A stretch of 64,000 nt of DNA from an uncultured Gemmatimonadales bacterium (GCA_963783385.1 CAWANJ010000009.1:96001-160000); one strand, 5' to 3'; shown: positions 9,387 to 20,408, counted from the first letter of the stretch. The notes: a model not told the origin generated them from the letters alone. Numbers and translations are program-made.

Positions 9387-11030
9387 GTGCGAGTGGCCGA
9401 GGCGGTCGGCAGGGCGCTGGTCGGGCTCGGCGTCGAGCACGTGTTCGGGGTCGTAGGGAGCGGCAACTTCGAGGTCACCGAGGCGCTTCGGGCGGCCGGC
9501 GCCACCTTCGTGGCCGCCCGCCACGAGTGCTCCGCCGTGTGCATGGCGGACGGCTACGCCCGGGTCTCCGGACGGCCGGGGGTGGCCAGCGTGCACCAGG
9601 GCCCCGGCCTCACCAACGCCGCCACGGGCCTCGCGGAGGCCGCCAAGTCCCGGACGCCCCTTCTCCTCCTGGCCGGCGACACGTCGGCGGCCGCCGTGCG
9701 CTCCAACTTCCGCATCGACCAGGACGCGCTGGCGCGCTCGGTGGACGCCGTGCCGGAGCGGCTCCACTCGGCGGGCAGCGCCCTGGAAGACGTGGCGCGC
9801 GCCTGGCGGCGGGCCGTCGAAGGGCGGCGGGCGGTGCTCCTCAGCCTCCCCCTGGACGTGCAGCGGGCCGAGGTCCCGCCGGGAGCGACGCTCCCGGCGT
9901 GGCGGTCTTCGGCGCCGACCGCGGCTTCGGCGCCGGCCGTGCAGGCGGCGGCGGACCTGGTCGAGGCGGCGGAGCGGCCGGTCCTCCTCGGCGGCCGGGG
10001 CGCCGTGCTGGCGTCCGCCCGCGGGCCCCTCGAGGCGCTGGGTGACCGAATCGGCGCCCTCCTGGCCACCTCGGCCAACGGCAACGGCCTGTTCGCCGGG
10101 AACCCGTGGTCGGCCGGCATCTCGGGCGGATTCGCCTCCCCGCCGGCCGCCCGCCTCCTGTCGGAGGCCGATCTCGTCCTGGCCTTCGGCGCCTCGCTCA
10201 ACATGTGGACGACACGACACGGCACCCTGATCGACGAGGGCGCCCGCGTCGTGCAGGTGGACCTGGACGCCGGCGCCATTGGTGCCCAACGCTCCGTGGA
10301 CCTGGGTCTGGTGGGCGACGCGGCCGAGGCCGCCCGGGCGCTGGAGGCCGAGCTCGAGGCGCGCGGCTACCGGGGCGAGGGCTTCCGGACCGGTAACCTG
10401 GCCGACCGCCTGGCCGCGGGCGGTTGGGCCGCCGAGCCTTACGAGGACCGCTCCACCTCCGAGACGATCGACCCCCGTACCCTGACGATCGCGCTCGAGG
10501 CGATGCTGCCCGCGGAGCGCACCGTGGCCGTGGACTCGGGGCACTTCATGGGCTGGCCCGCCATGTACCTGTCCGTCCCGGACCCGGCCGGGTTCGTGTT
10601 CAACCAGGCTTACCAGTCGATCGGCCTGGGCCTGGGGGCCGCGATCGGCGCCGCGGTGGCCCGGCCGGACCGGCTCACGGTGGCGGCCCTGGGGGACGGC
10701 GGCGCGTTCATGGCGCTGGCCGAGCTCGAGACGGCCGTCCGCCTCGGGCTCCTGCTCCTGGTTCTCGTCTACGACGACGCGGCCTACGGGGCCGAGGTGC
10801 ATCACTTCGGGCCGCAGGGCCACCCGGTCGACATCGTCCGTTTCCCCGACGCCGACCTGGCCGCTTTCGGCCGGGCCGCGGGCGGGGAAGGGGTCACCGT
10901 GCGCCGGAGGGAGGACCTGGCCGGCGTGGAGGCGTGGCTCGAGCGCCCCAAGGGGCTCCTGGTGGTGGACGCCAAGGTCACGCCCACGGTGGTGGCCGAG
11001 TGGCTCGAGGACGCGTTCCGGGCACACTGA
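9387..11030 (+). CDS. Thiamine pyrophosphate-dependent enzyme (acetolactate synthase-like fold)
   Basis: ARHE, HQGPGLTN, GDG...DAAYG TPP motif. Confidence 0.9.
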   Translation: MRVAEAVGRALVGLGVEHVFGVVGSGNFEVTEALRAAGATFVAARHECSAVCMADGYARVSGRPGVASVHQGPGLTNAATGLAEAAKSRTPLLLLAGDTSAAAVRSNFRIDQDALARSVDAVPERLHSAGSALEDVARAWRRAVEGRRAVLLSLPLDVQRAEVPPGATLPAWRSSAPTAASAPAVQAAADLVEAAERPVLLGGRGAVLASARGPLEALGDRIGALLATSANGNGLFAGNPWSAGISGGFASPPAARLLSEADLVLAFGASLNMWTTRHGTLIDEGARVVQVDLDAGAIGAQRSVDLGLVGDAAEAARALEAELEARGYRGEGFRTGNLADRLAAGGWAAEPYEDRSTSETIDPRTLTIALEAMLPAERTVAVDSGHFMGWPAMYLSVPDPAGFVFNQAYQSIGLGLGAAIGAAVARPDRLTVAALGDGGAFMALAELETAVRLGLLLLVLVYDDAAYGAEVHHFGPQGHPVDIVRFPDADLAAFGRAAGGEGVTVRRREDLAGVEAWLERPKGLLVVDAKVTPTVVAEWLEDAFRAH

Positions 11031-11044
11031 ACCCAGGAGATAGC

Positions 11045-11818
11045 ATGTCGGTACTGTCGGATCTCGTCGCCGGACTCGGAGGCGGCTCGGTGGAGGTGGT
11101 GGACCTCACGGCCACCCTCTCCGGGCGCACGCCCGTCATCCAGTTGCCGGAGCCCTTCGCCAATACGCCGGCGTTCTCGCTCGAGCTGCTGAGCCGCTAC
11201 GACGACGCGGGCCCGGCCTGGTACTGGAACGTCATGCGCCTCGGGGAGCATACCGGGACCCACTTCGACGCGCCCGTGCACTGGGTGACGGGGCGGGACG
11301 GCCTCGACGTGTCGCAGGTGCCGCCCGCGCACCTGGTGGGTCCGGTCGCGGTCATCGACAAGAGCGCCGAGGCGGCGGCCGACCCCGACTTCCTGCTCGA
11401 GGTCGAGCACGTTCGGGCGTGGGAGGACGAGCACGGCCCGCTCCCCGATGGCGGCTGGCTCCTGTTCCGGACCGGGTGGGACGCCCGATCCGACGACCAG
11501 GCGGCGTTCCTCAACGCCGACGAACGCGGGCCCCACACGCCCGGCCTGTCCGCGGCGTGCGCCTGCTGGCTGGCCCAGGAGACGTCCATCGTGGGCTTCG
11601 GCGTGGAGACGGTGGGGACCGACGCGGGGGCCGCGGCGTCCTTCGACCCGCCGTTCCCGGCCCACTCCTACCTGCTGGGCGCTGGCAAGTACGGCCTCAC
11701 CCAGCTCCAGAACGTGGGCCGCCTGCCCGCCACCGGGAGCGTGCTGATCGTGGCGCCGCTTCCCATCGAGGACGGGTCGGGAAGCCCGTGCCGGGTGCTG
11801 GCGCTGGTGGGGAGGTAG
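11045..11818 (+). CDS. Cyclase family metal-dependent hydrolase (kynurenine formamidase/isatin hydrolase-like)
   Basis: EHTGTHFDAPVH, LLFRTGW, GSGSPCR. AGGAG RBS before ATG 11045. It is the C-terminal part of ORF 10424-11818. Confidence 0.9.
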   Translation: MSVLSDLVAGLGGGSVEVVDLTATLSGRTPVIQLPEPFANTPAFSLELLSRYDDAGPAWYWNVMRLGEHTGTHFDAPVHWVTGRDGLDVSQVPPAHLVGPVAVIDKSAEAAADPDFLLEVEHVRAWEDEHGPLPDGGWLLFRTGWDARSDDQAAFLNADERGPHTPGLSAACACWLAQETSIVGFGVETVGTDAGAAASFDPPFPAHSYLLGAGKYGLTQLQNVGRLPATGSVLIVAPLPIEDGSGSPCRVLALVGR

Positions 11819-11912
11819 GGAGCCGGTTCGGGGTCGCCGGCGGCTCGGCGGCCGGCAAGAGGAGAGGGGCGGCGCGGCCTCGCGACCGGCCGCCCCCGTG
11901 GCGCTTCCCCGT

Positions 11913-14456
11913 TCAGCTGTTCGGGTTGAGGATGTCCTCGATGCGATCCTGGGCTCCGATGAGGTGGTAGCGCGTCGCCGTGTCGGCGGCCCGCGGGATG
12001 GCCCGCTTGATGTCCGCCTGGAGCGCCGTGAGCTCGCCCCGGATCTGGGCCTTCGCCTCCTCGCTGAGAGGCGGCGGCGGTCGGAAGCCCGGGAACCGTC
12101 GTGCCGGGCTCTCGCTCGGCTTCGGGTTGAGCTTGCCGTCCAGCAGCGACAGGTACCCCATCTGCAGGCCGCGCCGGTAGGCGTCGATCGACACCCTCGA
12201 TGCCGACAGCTCCGACCAGATCCCGTGCCGGACGTCACCCAGCATGGCGTCGAGCGAGTAGATGTCGGACGGGTGGTCGGCCAGGGCGCGCGTGTCGATG
12301 AGCCGATCCATGCGCTGGTCGTTGAGCAGGGACCCGAGCACGCGCTCCTGCGCCTGGTTGATGCGCCGGATCATGGCGTCGGGCTCGATGCGGCGTTCGA
12401 TCTCGGGCCGGATGAGGTAGGTCGGCGTCCGGAACACGTGCTGGTTCAGGAACTTGACGGCCGCCACCTGGCGCGCGCGCGGCAGGGGCCGATACACCGG
12501 GCCGGGCTGGCTGCCCGACTTGTACCGGACCGTGGCCCCGCCCACGAGCGTGGTGACGTGCGCCGCCTCGCGGGTCCACTGGCCGATCACCGCGTCGTAG
12601 AGATCCTCGAGGTCCGAGTTGTCCTTCATCGGCTGGATCGCCGCCCCGGACACGTAGCCGACCACCCGCTCGAGGTTCTTGAAGCCGAGACCGGTGGACT
12701 TCACCGGGTCGGCGTCGCCGACCGCCTCCGTCATGGTCCCGTAGTCACCGAACGCGTTCCGTTCGGAGAAGCGGTACCAGGGGATCGTGTCCTGCATGGC
12801 CAGCCACTTCTCGAGCGTGGGTCGCTCCGCGTCGGGCGTGGTCGCGCCCGGGATCGGCCGGTAGCCCCACATGATCGCGTACTTGTCGTAGGGGCCGATG
12901 CGCGGGATGATGTCGCCGAGCGCGATACCGTCGCCCGGCTGCGCCACGTAGTTGAAGCGTGAGTAGTCCATGATGCTGGGCGAAGAGCCCATCGTGTGGA
13001 CCCAGGTCGGGCTGCGCACGCTGTCGGCCGGATAGGTCGAGCTCCCGATCTGGTCGTGCCGGAGGCCGATCGTGTGCCCGATCTCGTGGGCGACCACGAA
13101 CTCCAGCAGCCGACCCATGAGCGAGTCCGGCATCGGGAGCCGCCGGGCGCGCGGGTCCAGCTGCGAGGCCTGCGCGAAATACCAGTCGCGCGCCAGCTGC
13201 ACCACGTTCTGGAAGATGCGCACCGACCCGTTCAGCACCTCACCGGTGCGCGGGTCGCTCACGTGCGGACCGACCGCGTTCTCGATCGTGGACGGCAGCC
13301 ACCGGATCATGGTGTGCCGGATGTCCTCGGCCGACCAGGTGGTGTCGTCGGCAGGCGGGTCCTTGGCCAGGATCGCATCCTTGAAGCCCGCCGCTTCGAA
13401 CGCCGGCTGCCAGTCGGTGATCGCCTTGCGGATCCAGGGCTTCCACACGTCCGGCGTGGCCGGGTCCACGTAGTAGACCAGGGGCTTCTCGGGGTAGCAC
13501 AGGTCGCCGTCGTGACGGTCCGAGCACTCCAGCCGCCAGCGCGTGATGTACTGACGCGGAGCGGAGCCCTGCTCGGCGCCGAAGTCGACCTGGCGGATCG
13601 AGAAGAAGCCGACGCGCTCGTCCCAGCGGCGCCGCTGCATGGGATGCGCGGGGAGCCGCACCAGGCTCCAGTGAGCCAGGACGCTCTTCGCTGGCGTCTG
13701 CTGGCCACGCCCCGGCGGTCCGCCGCGCCCGTTGCCGGTCGCGGTGGGCGTGCCGGTCTGTGTGGCCTCGACCTCCACGTTGTCGGGGAAGGCCAGGGTC
13801 CGCCCCACGTAGGAGCGCTTCGCGTCAATGGTGCCGTGTATGGCCTCGAACTGGGGCACGGAGGACGTATACAGCTTGGTCACGTCGACCACGGCCGCGC
13901 TGTCGGGACCCCACGCCTCGACCGGAAGGATGGCCACCACGGGAGCGTAGTTCGAGTTCTGTACGGCCCTGTAGACCGAGAGCGAGCTGTCGGCCGTGAT
14001 CGAGAACGAGGGGGAGGTGAGGATGATGCGGTTGCCCTCCCGCTCCCAGCGCAAGGTGCTCTCTGTGAACTCGTCCCCGCCGTACTGGCCGAAGCCCCCG
14101 GTGGGGTTGTTGGGGTCCTGCGCGGCGGCTCGCGCGTAGCGGCCCACGAGAAGCATGTCTCGGCCCAGCTCGGCGCGGGGGATCTCGAAGTACAGCTTCT
14201 CGCCCACCTGGTGGGTGATGAGCATGCCGCGATGGGTCACCGCGTCGGCGGGGATGACCTTACGGTAGGGCTTGGGTCCCTGCTGGCCCTCGCCGCGCGG
14301 TCCGTGGGCGGCCGTGTCGGCCTCCTGCCCGGCGGACGGAGTCTCGTGGTTATCGTGGTTCGCGGCCATGGGGCCGGTGGCCGGAGGCGTCGCGCCCGCA
14401 TGGGCGCAGGCCGTCAGGAAGAGAGCGGACAGCGTGACGACGAGAGGCTTTCTCAT
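11913..14456 (-). CDS. Zinc-dependent metalloprotease lipoprotein (DUF5117/DUF4953, EcxA-like metzincin)
   Basis: Lipobox LTAC; [11 protein letters not shown]; SIMDY Met-turn; DPRTGEV; DERVGFF. Confidence 0.9.
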   Translation of the reverse strand: MRKPLVVTLSALFLTACAHAGATPPATGPMAANHDNHETPSAGQEADTAAHGPRGEGQQGPKPYRKVIPADAVTHRGMLITHQVGEKLYFEIPRAELGRDMLLVGRYARAAAQDPNNPTGGFGQYGGDEFTESTLRWEREGNRIILTSPSFSITADSSLSVYRAVQNSNYAPVVAILPVEAWGPDSAAVVDVTKLYTSSVPQFEAIHGTIDAKRSYVGRTLAFPDNVEVEATQTGTPTATGNGRGGPPGRGQQTPAKSVLAHWSLVRLPAHPMQRRRWDERVGFFSIRQVDFGAEQGSAPRQYITRWRLECSDRHDGDLCYPEKPLVYYVDPATPDVWKPWIRKAITDWQPAFEAAGFKDAILAKDPPADDTTWSAEDIRHTMIRWLPSTIENAVGPHVSDPRTGEVLNGSVRIFQNVVQLARDWYFAQASQLDPRARRLPMPDSLMGRLLEFVVAHEIGHTIGLRHDQIGSSTYPADSVRSPTWVHTMGSSPSIMDYSRFNYVAQPGDGIALGDIIPRIGPYDKYAIMWGYRPIPGATTPDAERPTLEKWLAMQDTIPWYRFSERNAFGDYGTMTEAVGDADPVKSTGLGFKNLERVVGYVSGAAIQPMKDNSDLEDLYDAVIGQWTREAAHVTTLVGGATVRYKSGSQPGPVYRPLPRARQVAAVKFLNQHVFRTPTYLIRPEIERRIEPDAMIRRINQAQERVLGSLLNDQRMDRLIDTRALADHPSDIYSLDAMLGDVRHGIWSELSASRVSIDAYRRGLQMGYLSLLDGKLNPKPSESPARRFPGFRPPPPLSEEAKAQIRGELTALQADIKRAIPRAADTATRYHLIGAQDRIEDILNPNS

Positions 14457-14696
14457 GCCAGTAATCCTGGACGGAGTGCGGGAGGGATCGCACCGGGCCG
14501 GTGGGACGCGGCCCGAGTCGGAAAAAGCGCGCGGAATATGGCCGGAGTCTCGGTGGTGGGCAAGCAATGCGGGCCCTGTTCGGGGGCCGGAGCGCGCCCG
14601 GGGCGTACCCGAGATTCCGAAACGGACCGACCGCGGCGGGCGCGGGACGCCGCCGCGGTCGATGGTGGGTCGTGGGAAGGCGCACGGGCGCGGTGG

Positions 14697-14913
14697 TCAG
14701 CGTCCGGCGACCGGGGTCGAGAGGAAGCTGGCCACGCGGCCCGCGTGATCCGAGGGCCAGATCCGGTACTCGGGATCCTGCACCCGGTCGGACGGCACGT
14801 CTCCCAGCCGGGCGATCGTCCCCTGGAGTCCGGGTCCCGAACGACCGAGGCCCCGGGTGAAGACGTAGTCGATCCGGTGGTCGAGCTGGCCGACCCGGTC
14901 CGGCAGGCCCGCC
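14697..14913 (-). pseudogene. C-terminal remnant of an endonuclease/exonuclease/phosphatase (EEP) family gene
   Basis: RIDYVF and WPSDHAG motifs in a ~70-codon stretch with no start of its own. Confidence 0.65.
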
Positions 14914-15402
14914 TCAGAAGTCCAGCGCGGAGTCGTCCAGTGATTCGGGGTCGTCCTCGCGGCCCATGCGCTCGGCCTGCTCGTCCGTGATGGGTCGGCG
15001 GCCGCGGTAGCCCGCGTCGACCTCGTGCCAGTAGCGCACGCGGTCCTCGCCCGCGTGCCAGCACAGGTAGACCCAGCGGCCCTCCCAGCTCGTGGGGAAG
15101 TCCAGCAGACCGTGCTCCAGCCCGCCGGCGGGGAAGCGGACGCCGCACGCGCGGATCTCGGTCTCCACCGACGCCTGCACGGACCGGGCGGCATCGGCGA
15201 GCCGGCCCCGCAGGTCCGCGTATTCTTCGTGGTCGGGGTTTCCGGTCCGTGTCACCTCTTCGCCCCAGAGGGCGTCGAGGATCTGCAGCCGCTCGTAGAG
15301 CTCCGACGCTTCCTCCTGCGTCTCGCGTATGGTACGCAGGACCCGGCGCAGGCGAGGCAGGAGCTCGTTGGCCTCCTCGACGGTGAATGCGTGGTGTGTC
15401 AC
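14914..15402 (-). CDS. DUF2203 family protein
   Basis: FTVEEANELLP N-terminus; GLLDFP...VYLCW..GE..V.YWH....GY.GRRP. GGAGG RBS before GTG 15402. Confidence 0.88.
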   Translation of the reverse strand: MTHHAFTVEEANELLPRLRRVLRTIRETQEEASELYERLQILDALWGEEVTRTGNPDHEEYADLRGRLADAARSVQASVETEIRACGVRFPAGGLEHGLLDFPTSWEGRWVYLCWHAGEDRVRYWHEVDAGYRGRRPITDEQAERMGREDDPESLDDSALDF

Positions 15403-15583
15403 CCCGGCTCCCTCCAAGGTCCTCGGGCGTGCATGGGTCGAAGCACGCGCGCGTTTGGCCCGGTCGGGCTGGTGGCCGGTGCGCGTCGTGCGAAGCACAC
15501 TGGCGAACACGACCGACGGATGCCAGATGCACACCGAGGCCCGCGCCCTCGCGGGCCGGCTCCTCTCTCACGCTGGAGGCGCG

Positions 15584-16558
15584 ATGGCGGACGCACACGA
15601 GAGCATGGAAGCGGTGCGCGATCTCGGGTTCGGAGCCCGGGTGGCCAACGAGCCGTGGGTGCGGCTCCTGGACCGGGACGGCTCCTACAACCTGGTCCGC
15701 AAGGGCTTCTCACGCTTCGGCTCGGTCAGTGCCTACGGTCTCCTCCACCGCATCGACTGGTGGCAGTTCTACCTGCTCGTGGCCGCCGCCTACCTCGGCG
15801 TGAACCTCCTGTTCGCCGGGGCCTACCTGGCCTGCGGACCGGACGCTCTGCGAGGGGCCGAGGCCGCCACCCTGGCCGGGCACTTCCTGGAGGCCTTCTT
15901 CTTCAGCGTGCAGACGCTCACCACGGTGGGGTATGGAACCCTGGCGCCCGCGGGGGTCGCCGCCAACGCGGTCGCCAGTGGCGAGGCGCTCCTCGGCCTG
16001 GGCGGCTTCGCGGTCGTGGCCGCGCTCTTCTTCGCGCGCCTGGCCCGTCCGCAGGCGCGGATCGGCTTCAGCGACCGGGCCGTCATCGCGCCGTATGAGG
16101 GGACCGATGCGTTCGAGTTCCGGCTGGTCAACGCGTCCAGGGACGAGCTCCTGGAGGTGGAGGTCGAGGTGGTCTACACCTTCCTCGAGGACAGGGAGGG
16201 ACGCGTGGCGCGGCGCTTCCGCCGACTGCCCCTCGAGCGCGGCCGGATCGTCTTCTTCCCCCTGCACTGGACGGTCGTCCATCCCATCGATGCCGCGAGC
16301 CCCCTGCACGGGAAGGGACACGAGGACCTGATCGGGGAGGCCGCCGAGTTCCTGGTCCAGGTCCGGGCCATCGACGAGGCCCACGCGGCTCCCGTCCTCG
16401 TGCGGACTTCCTACCGGGCCGACGAAGTCGCCTGCGGCGCTCGCTTCACGGACATCTACGAGCGTACCGCCGAAGGCGTGGTCGGAATCGACGTGCGCCG
16501 CATCCACGAGATCGAGCGGGTGTCGGCGGGAGAGGGGGAAGGGGAGGGAGTGGGCTAG
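15584..16558 (+). CDS. Inward-rectifier potassium channel (KirBac)
   Basis: AFFFSVQTLTTVGYG filter; FSDRAVI; WTVVHPID..SPL cytoplasmic domain. GGAGG RBS. Confidence 0.92.
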   Translation: MADAHESMEAVRDLGFGARVANEPWVRLLDRDGSYNLVRKGFSRFGSVSAYGLLHRIDWWQFYLLVAAAYLGVNLLFAGAYLACGPDALRGAEAATLAGHFLEAFFFSVQTLTTVGYGTLAPAGVAANAVASGEALLGLGGFAVVAALFFARLARPQARIGFSDRAVIAPYEGTDAFEFRLVNASRDELLEVEVEVVYTFLEDREGRVARRFRRLPLERGRIVFFPLHWTVVHPIDAASPLHGKGHEDLIGEAAEFLVQVRAIDEAHAAPVLVRTSYRADEVACGARFTDIYERTAEGVVGIDVRRIHEIERVSAGEGEGEGVG

Positions 16559-16735
16559 AGGGTCCCGATGCGGGCGATCCCCCGGACCGGGCCACTGGCG
16601 GCGGGCTCCCTACCGCCCGACGGCCGAGCCGTTTATCCTGCTGATCTGGTCCAGTGTCATCCCGGCGTGCGTAGCCGTGCGCATCGCCGGCCTCTCTCCG
16701 GGCCGGCCGCGACTCTCCCCTGACTGGAGGCCGTC

Positions 16736-17296
16736 ATGACGACCCTCGCCGCGCTGTGGCTCCCGATCCTCGTCTCGGCCGTGATCGTGTTCGTGGCCAG
16801 CTCCCTCCTCCACATGGCCACGCCCTGGCACAAGGGCGACTACCCGGCCCTGCCCGAGCAGGACCGGATCCAGGAGGCCCTGCGACCCTTCTCGATCCCG
16901 CCCGGCGACTACATGATGCCGAGGGCCCAGAGCATGGAGGAGATGCGCACCCCCGAGTTCGCCGAAAAGATGAGCCGGGGGCCGGTCCTCGTGATGACCG
17001 TGATGCCGAGCGGTCCCATGAACATGACCCGGAGCCTCGGCCTGTGGTTCGTCTATTCGGCCGTCGTGAGCCTGTTCGCGGCCTACATCGCGGGCCGGGC
17101 GCTCGCTCCCGGGACGGACTACCTGCAGGTCTTCCGCTTCGTCGGGGCGACGGCCTTCATCGGTTACTCGGTGGCCCTGTGGCAGATGACCATCTGGTAT
17201 CACCGGGGCTGGAGCCTGACGATCAAGGCCACGATCGACGGACTCATCTACGGGTTGCTGACGGCCGGGACGTTCGGCTGGTTGTGGCCCAGGTAG
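16736..17296 (+). CDS. Hypothetical membrane protein, about four TM segments
   Basis: GGAGG RBS, host-like codon bias, hydrophobic segments. Confidence 0.8.
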   Translation: MTTLAALWLPILVSAVIVFVASSLLHMATPWHKGDYPALPEQDRIQEALRPFSIPPGDYMMPRAQSMEEMRTPEFAEKMSRGPVLVMTVMPSGPMNMTRSLGLWFVYSAVVSLFAAYIAGRALAPGTDYLQVFRFVGATAFIGYSVALWQMTIWYHRGWSLTIKATIDGLIYGLLTAGTFGWLWPR

Positions 17297-17391
17297 GGTA
17301 GGGGTCGGCCACGAGGCTGGCTCCGGCCTCCCGCCGTGCGGTAGTTTCAAAACCGTTCCCAGGGACGGACAGTCACACGCGGAGCGTGGCC

Positions 17392-17904
17392 ATGCGCATC
17401 GCACTGCAGGTGAACGGGCGGCGGCACACCGTCGACGTGGATCCCTCGCGCAGCCTTCTCGACGTCTTGCGCGAGGAGCTCGGGCTCACCGGCACCCACT
17501 ACGGGTGCGGCGAGAGCCAGTGCGGAGCTTGCACCGTCCACCTGGGAGGCCGGGCCGTGCACGCGTGCGTCACGCCGGTGTCGGACGCGGCCGGGAAGCC
17601 CGTCACGACGATCGAGGGCCTGGCCACTGGTGGCCGGCTGCACCCGGTCCAGCGGGCGTTCCTGGACGAGGAAGCGTTCCAGTGCGCCTACTGCACACCG
17701 GGCATGATCATGGCCGGCGCCGCGCTCCTCGCCGGGAATCCCCGCCCGACCGACGCCGAGATCGTGCGCGGGATGGAGGGCAACGTCTGCCGGTGCGGGA
17801 CGCAACCTCGCATCGTGGCGGCGATCCGCCGGGCCGCCGGGCTGTCCTCGGGAGGTGGCGCCGCGGCGAAGGCCCGGGCCTCCATGACGGAGAGCCGGCC
17901 GTGA
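17392..17904 (+). CDS. (2Fe-2S) small subunit of a xanthine dehydrogenase-family molybdoenzyme (IorA/CoxS-like)
   Basis: GCGESQCGACTV, QCAYCTPG and NVCRCG motifs. Confidence 0.93.
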   Translation: MRIALQVNGRRHTVDVDPSRSLLDVLREELGLTGTHYGCGESQCGACTVHLGGRAVHACVTPVSDAAGKPVTTIEGLATGGRLHPVQRAFLDEEAFQCAYCTPGMIMAGAALLAGNPRPTDAEIVRGMEGNVCRCGTQPRIVAAIRRAAGLSSGGGAAAKARASMTESRP

Positions 17905-20105
17905 GCGGGCCGCGGGGAGAGGGCGAGCTCCGGGAGGTGCTCCTCCCGGGCGAGGAGGCGAGCACGACGCGTCGCCGTTTCCTGAAGGTGGTGGGCGGCG
18001 GCCTGGTCGTGGTCCTGGTGGCGCCGCGCGCCCTGGCGTGGCCGGAGGCCGCGACGGAAGGGGCCGGCGCCGGCGGCCCGGGCGGCGACCCGCGCCCGGC
18101 GGCCGGGACGCCCCGGGAGATCGCGGCCTGGCTTCAGATCGGCCCGGACGGGGTCGTCACGGTCTACACGGGCAAGGTCGAGTTCGGCCAGGGCATCCGC
18201 ACGTCCCTGGCGCAGGAGCTGGCCGAGGAGCTCCGGGTCCCGCTCGAGGCGGTGTGCATGGTCATGGGCGACACGGACCTCACGCCGTACGACATGGGGA
18301 CGTTCGGGAGCCGCTCCACCCCCCAGATGGGGACGCAGCTCCGCAAGGTCGGGGCGGCGGCGCGCCAGCTGCTGGTCCGGATGGCGGCCGAGCACTGGGC
18401 GGCCGAGCCGGGGTCGCTGACCGCGGCGGAGGGGCGCGTCACCGATCCGGCGTCGGGGCGGTCGGTCACGTACGGGGAGCTGGCCGGGGGCGAGGAGCTC
18501 ACCGAGGTCCTCGAGGATGACGTGGAGCTCACGCCACCCGCCCGCTGGAGCGTGGCCGGACGGTCCGTGCCGCGGGTGGGCGGAGCGGACCTGGTCACGG
18601 GGGCGCACCACTACACCTCGGACGTGACACGGCCCGGCATGCTGTACGGGAAGGTGCTGCGGCCGGCGTCGATCGGCGCGGCGCTCTCGGGGCTGGACAC
18701 GAGCGCGGCCGAGGGGATGGACGGGGTCGTCGTGGTGCACGACGGGGACTTCGTCGGGGTGACGGCGCCGGACACGCACGCGGCCGAGCGCGCGCTGGGG
18801 TCCATCCAGGCCATGTGGAAGCCGGCGCCGGGCCCCCGGCCCTCGTCGAAGACGATCTACGACTACCTGCGCCGGACGAGGGCGTCCTCGCGCGGCGAGC
18901 GCGAGGACGGCCGCGGTCGGGGCGCCTTCACGAAGGGCGATCCCACGGCCGCGCTCGCCGCGGCGGCCCATCGGGTGGAGCGGACCTTCACGGTGGCCTA
19001 CATCGCCCACACGCCGCTCGAGCCCCGCGCGGCGGTGGCGGGGTGGTCGAAGGGGGAGGACGGCCCCCGCCTCACGGTGTGGACCGGGACCCAGCGCCCG
19101 TTCGCCGTCCGCGAGCAGCTCGCGCACGCGTTCGGGATGCCCGTCCCGCACGTGCGCGTCATCGTTCCCGACACGGGCTCGGGCTACGGCGGAAAGCACA
19201 CGGGCGAGTGCGCGGTCGAGGCGGCGCGGCTGGCGCGGGCGGCATCGAAGCCCGTCAAGCTGGTGTGGACCCGGGAGGAGGAGTTCCGGTGGGCCTACTT
19301 CCGGCCCGCGGGCGTGATCGACGTGCGCGCCGGCGCGAGCGCGGAGGGGACGATCACCGCCTGGACCTTCGACAACTACAACTCGGGCGCTGCGGCCATC
19401 CGGCCCATGTACGACATCGCCCATCAGCGGATCGAGTTCCATGCCTCGGACTCGCCGCTGCGGCAGGGCTCCTACCGGGGGCTGGCGGCGACGGCGAACC
19501 ACTTCGCCCGGGAGATGGCCGTCGACGAGCTGACGCGCGAGGTCGGCCAGGACCCCCTCGCCTTCCGGCTGCGGAACCTGTCGGACGCACGCCTGAAGGC
19601 GGTCTTCCAGGCGGCGGCCGACCGATTCGGCTGGGGCCGCACGCCGCCCGAAGGCCACGGCGTGGGGATCGCGGGCGGGTTCGAGAAGGGAGGCTACATG
19701 GCGACCTGCGCCGAGGTGGCCGCCGACAAGGGCACCGGGTCCGTCCGGATCGTCCGGGCGGTGAACGCGTTCGACTGCGGCGCCATCGTCAACCCGGACA
19801 TCCTGAGGAACCAGGTGGAGGGCGGCCTCATCCAGGGGATCGGCGGCGCGCTGTTCGAGGCGATCGACTTCCGCGACGGCGTGATCACGAACGCGCACCT
19901 GGCCGACTACCGGGTGCCGCGCTTCTCGGACATCCCCGAGATCGAGATCGTGCTCATCGACCGGAAGGACCAGGCCTCCTACGGCGCCGGCGAGACGCCG
20001 CTCATGGGAATCGCTCCGGCGGTGGGCGCGGCCATCTTCGAGGCCACCGGCGTGCGGCCGGCCTCCCTCCCCATGGCGCGGGGCGGGCTGAGCGCGTCGG
20101 CGTAG
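17901..20105 (+). CDS. Molybdopterin-binding large subunit (IorB-like), with Tat signal
   Basis: TRRRFLK; GKVEFGQG; GTFGSRST; GSGYGGK; QVEGG; GAGE. GTGA overlap with the small subunit. Confidence 0.9.
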   Translation: MSGPRGEGELREVLLPGEEASTTRRRFLKVVGGGLVVVLVAPRALAWPEAATEGAGAGGPGGDPRPAAGTPREIAAWLQIGPDGVVTVYTGKVEFGQGIRTSLAQELAEELRVPLEAVCMVMGDTDLTPYDMGTFGSRSTPQMGTQLRKVGAAARQLLVRMAAEHWAAEPGSLTAAEGRVTDPASGRSVTYGELAGGEELTEVLEDDVELTPPARWSVAGRSVPRVGGADLVTGAHHYTSDVTRPGMLYGKVLRPASIGAALSGLDTSAAEGMDGVVVVHDGDFVGVTAPDTHAAERALGSIQAMWKPAPGPRPSSKTIYDYLRRTRASSRGEREDGRGRGAFTKGDPTAALAAAAHRVERTFTVAYIAHTPLEPRAAVAGWSKGEDGPRLTVWTGTQRPFAVREQLAHAFGMPVPHVRVIVPDTGSGYGGKHTGECAVEAARLARAASKPVKLVWTREEEFRWAYFRPAGVIDVRAGASAEGTITAWTFDNYNSGAAAIRPMYDIAHQRIEFHASDSPLRQGSYRGLAATANHFAREMAVDELTREVGQDPLAFRLRNLSDARLKAVFQAAADRFGWGRTPPEGHGVGIAGGFEKGGYMATCAEVAADKGTGSVRIVRAVNAFDCGAIVNPDILRNQVEGGLIQGIGGALFEAIDFRDGVITNAHLADYRVPRFSDIPEIEIVLIDRKDQASYGAGETPLMGIAPAVGAAIFEATGVRPASLPMARGGLSASA

Positions 20106-20138
20106 GAACGACGACGCCCTCGGCCCGTACCAGCCCCC

Positions 20139-20390
20139 GTGATCCTCGATCTCCTGTTCGGCTTCGGTGGTCTCCTCATCCTCGCCGCCGGCCTCCTGGT
20201 CCGCTGGCGGATCCGGGAGGCCACGCGTCGCCGCCCGCCCGAGGTCACCGACGAAGCGCTTCGCCGAATCGTGGAGGAGGGCGTGCTCCGCAATGACGAT
20301 CCGGGCCCGCTGGACGAGGAGACGATCCGCGAGGAGGAGGACCGCTTCTGGTCCGAGACCTGGGATCGCCCCGAGAACCTGTGGGAGTAG
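20139..20390 (+). CDS. Small single-TM hypothetical protein with an acidic, Trp-containing tail
   Basis: N-terminal TM helix, then PLDEETIREEEDRFWSETWD; host-like codons. Confidence 0.65.
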   Translation: MILDLLFGFGGLLILAAGLLVRWRIREATRRRPPEVTDEALRRIVEEGVLRNDDPGPLDEETIREEEDRFWSETWDRPENLWE

Positions 20391-20408
20391 GCGATCGGCC
20401 GCGGACCT

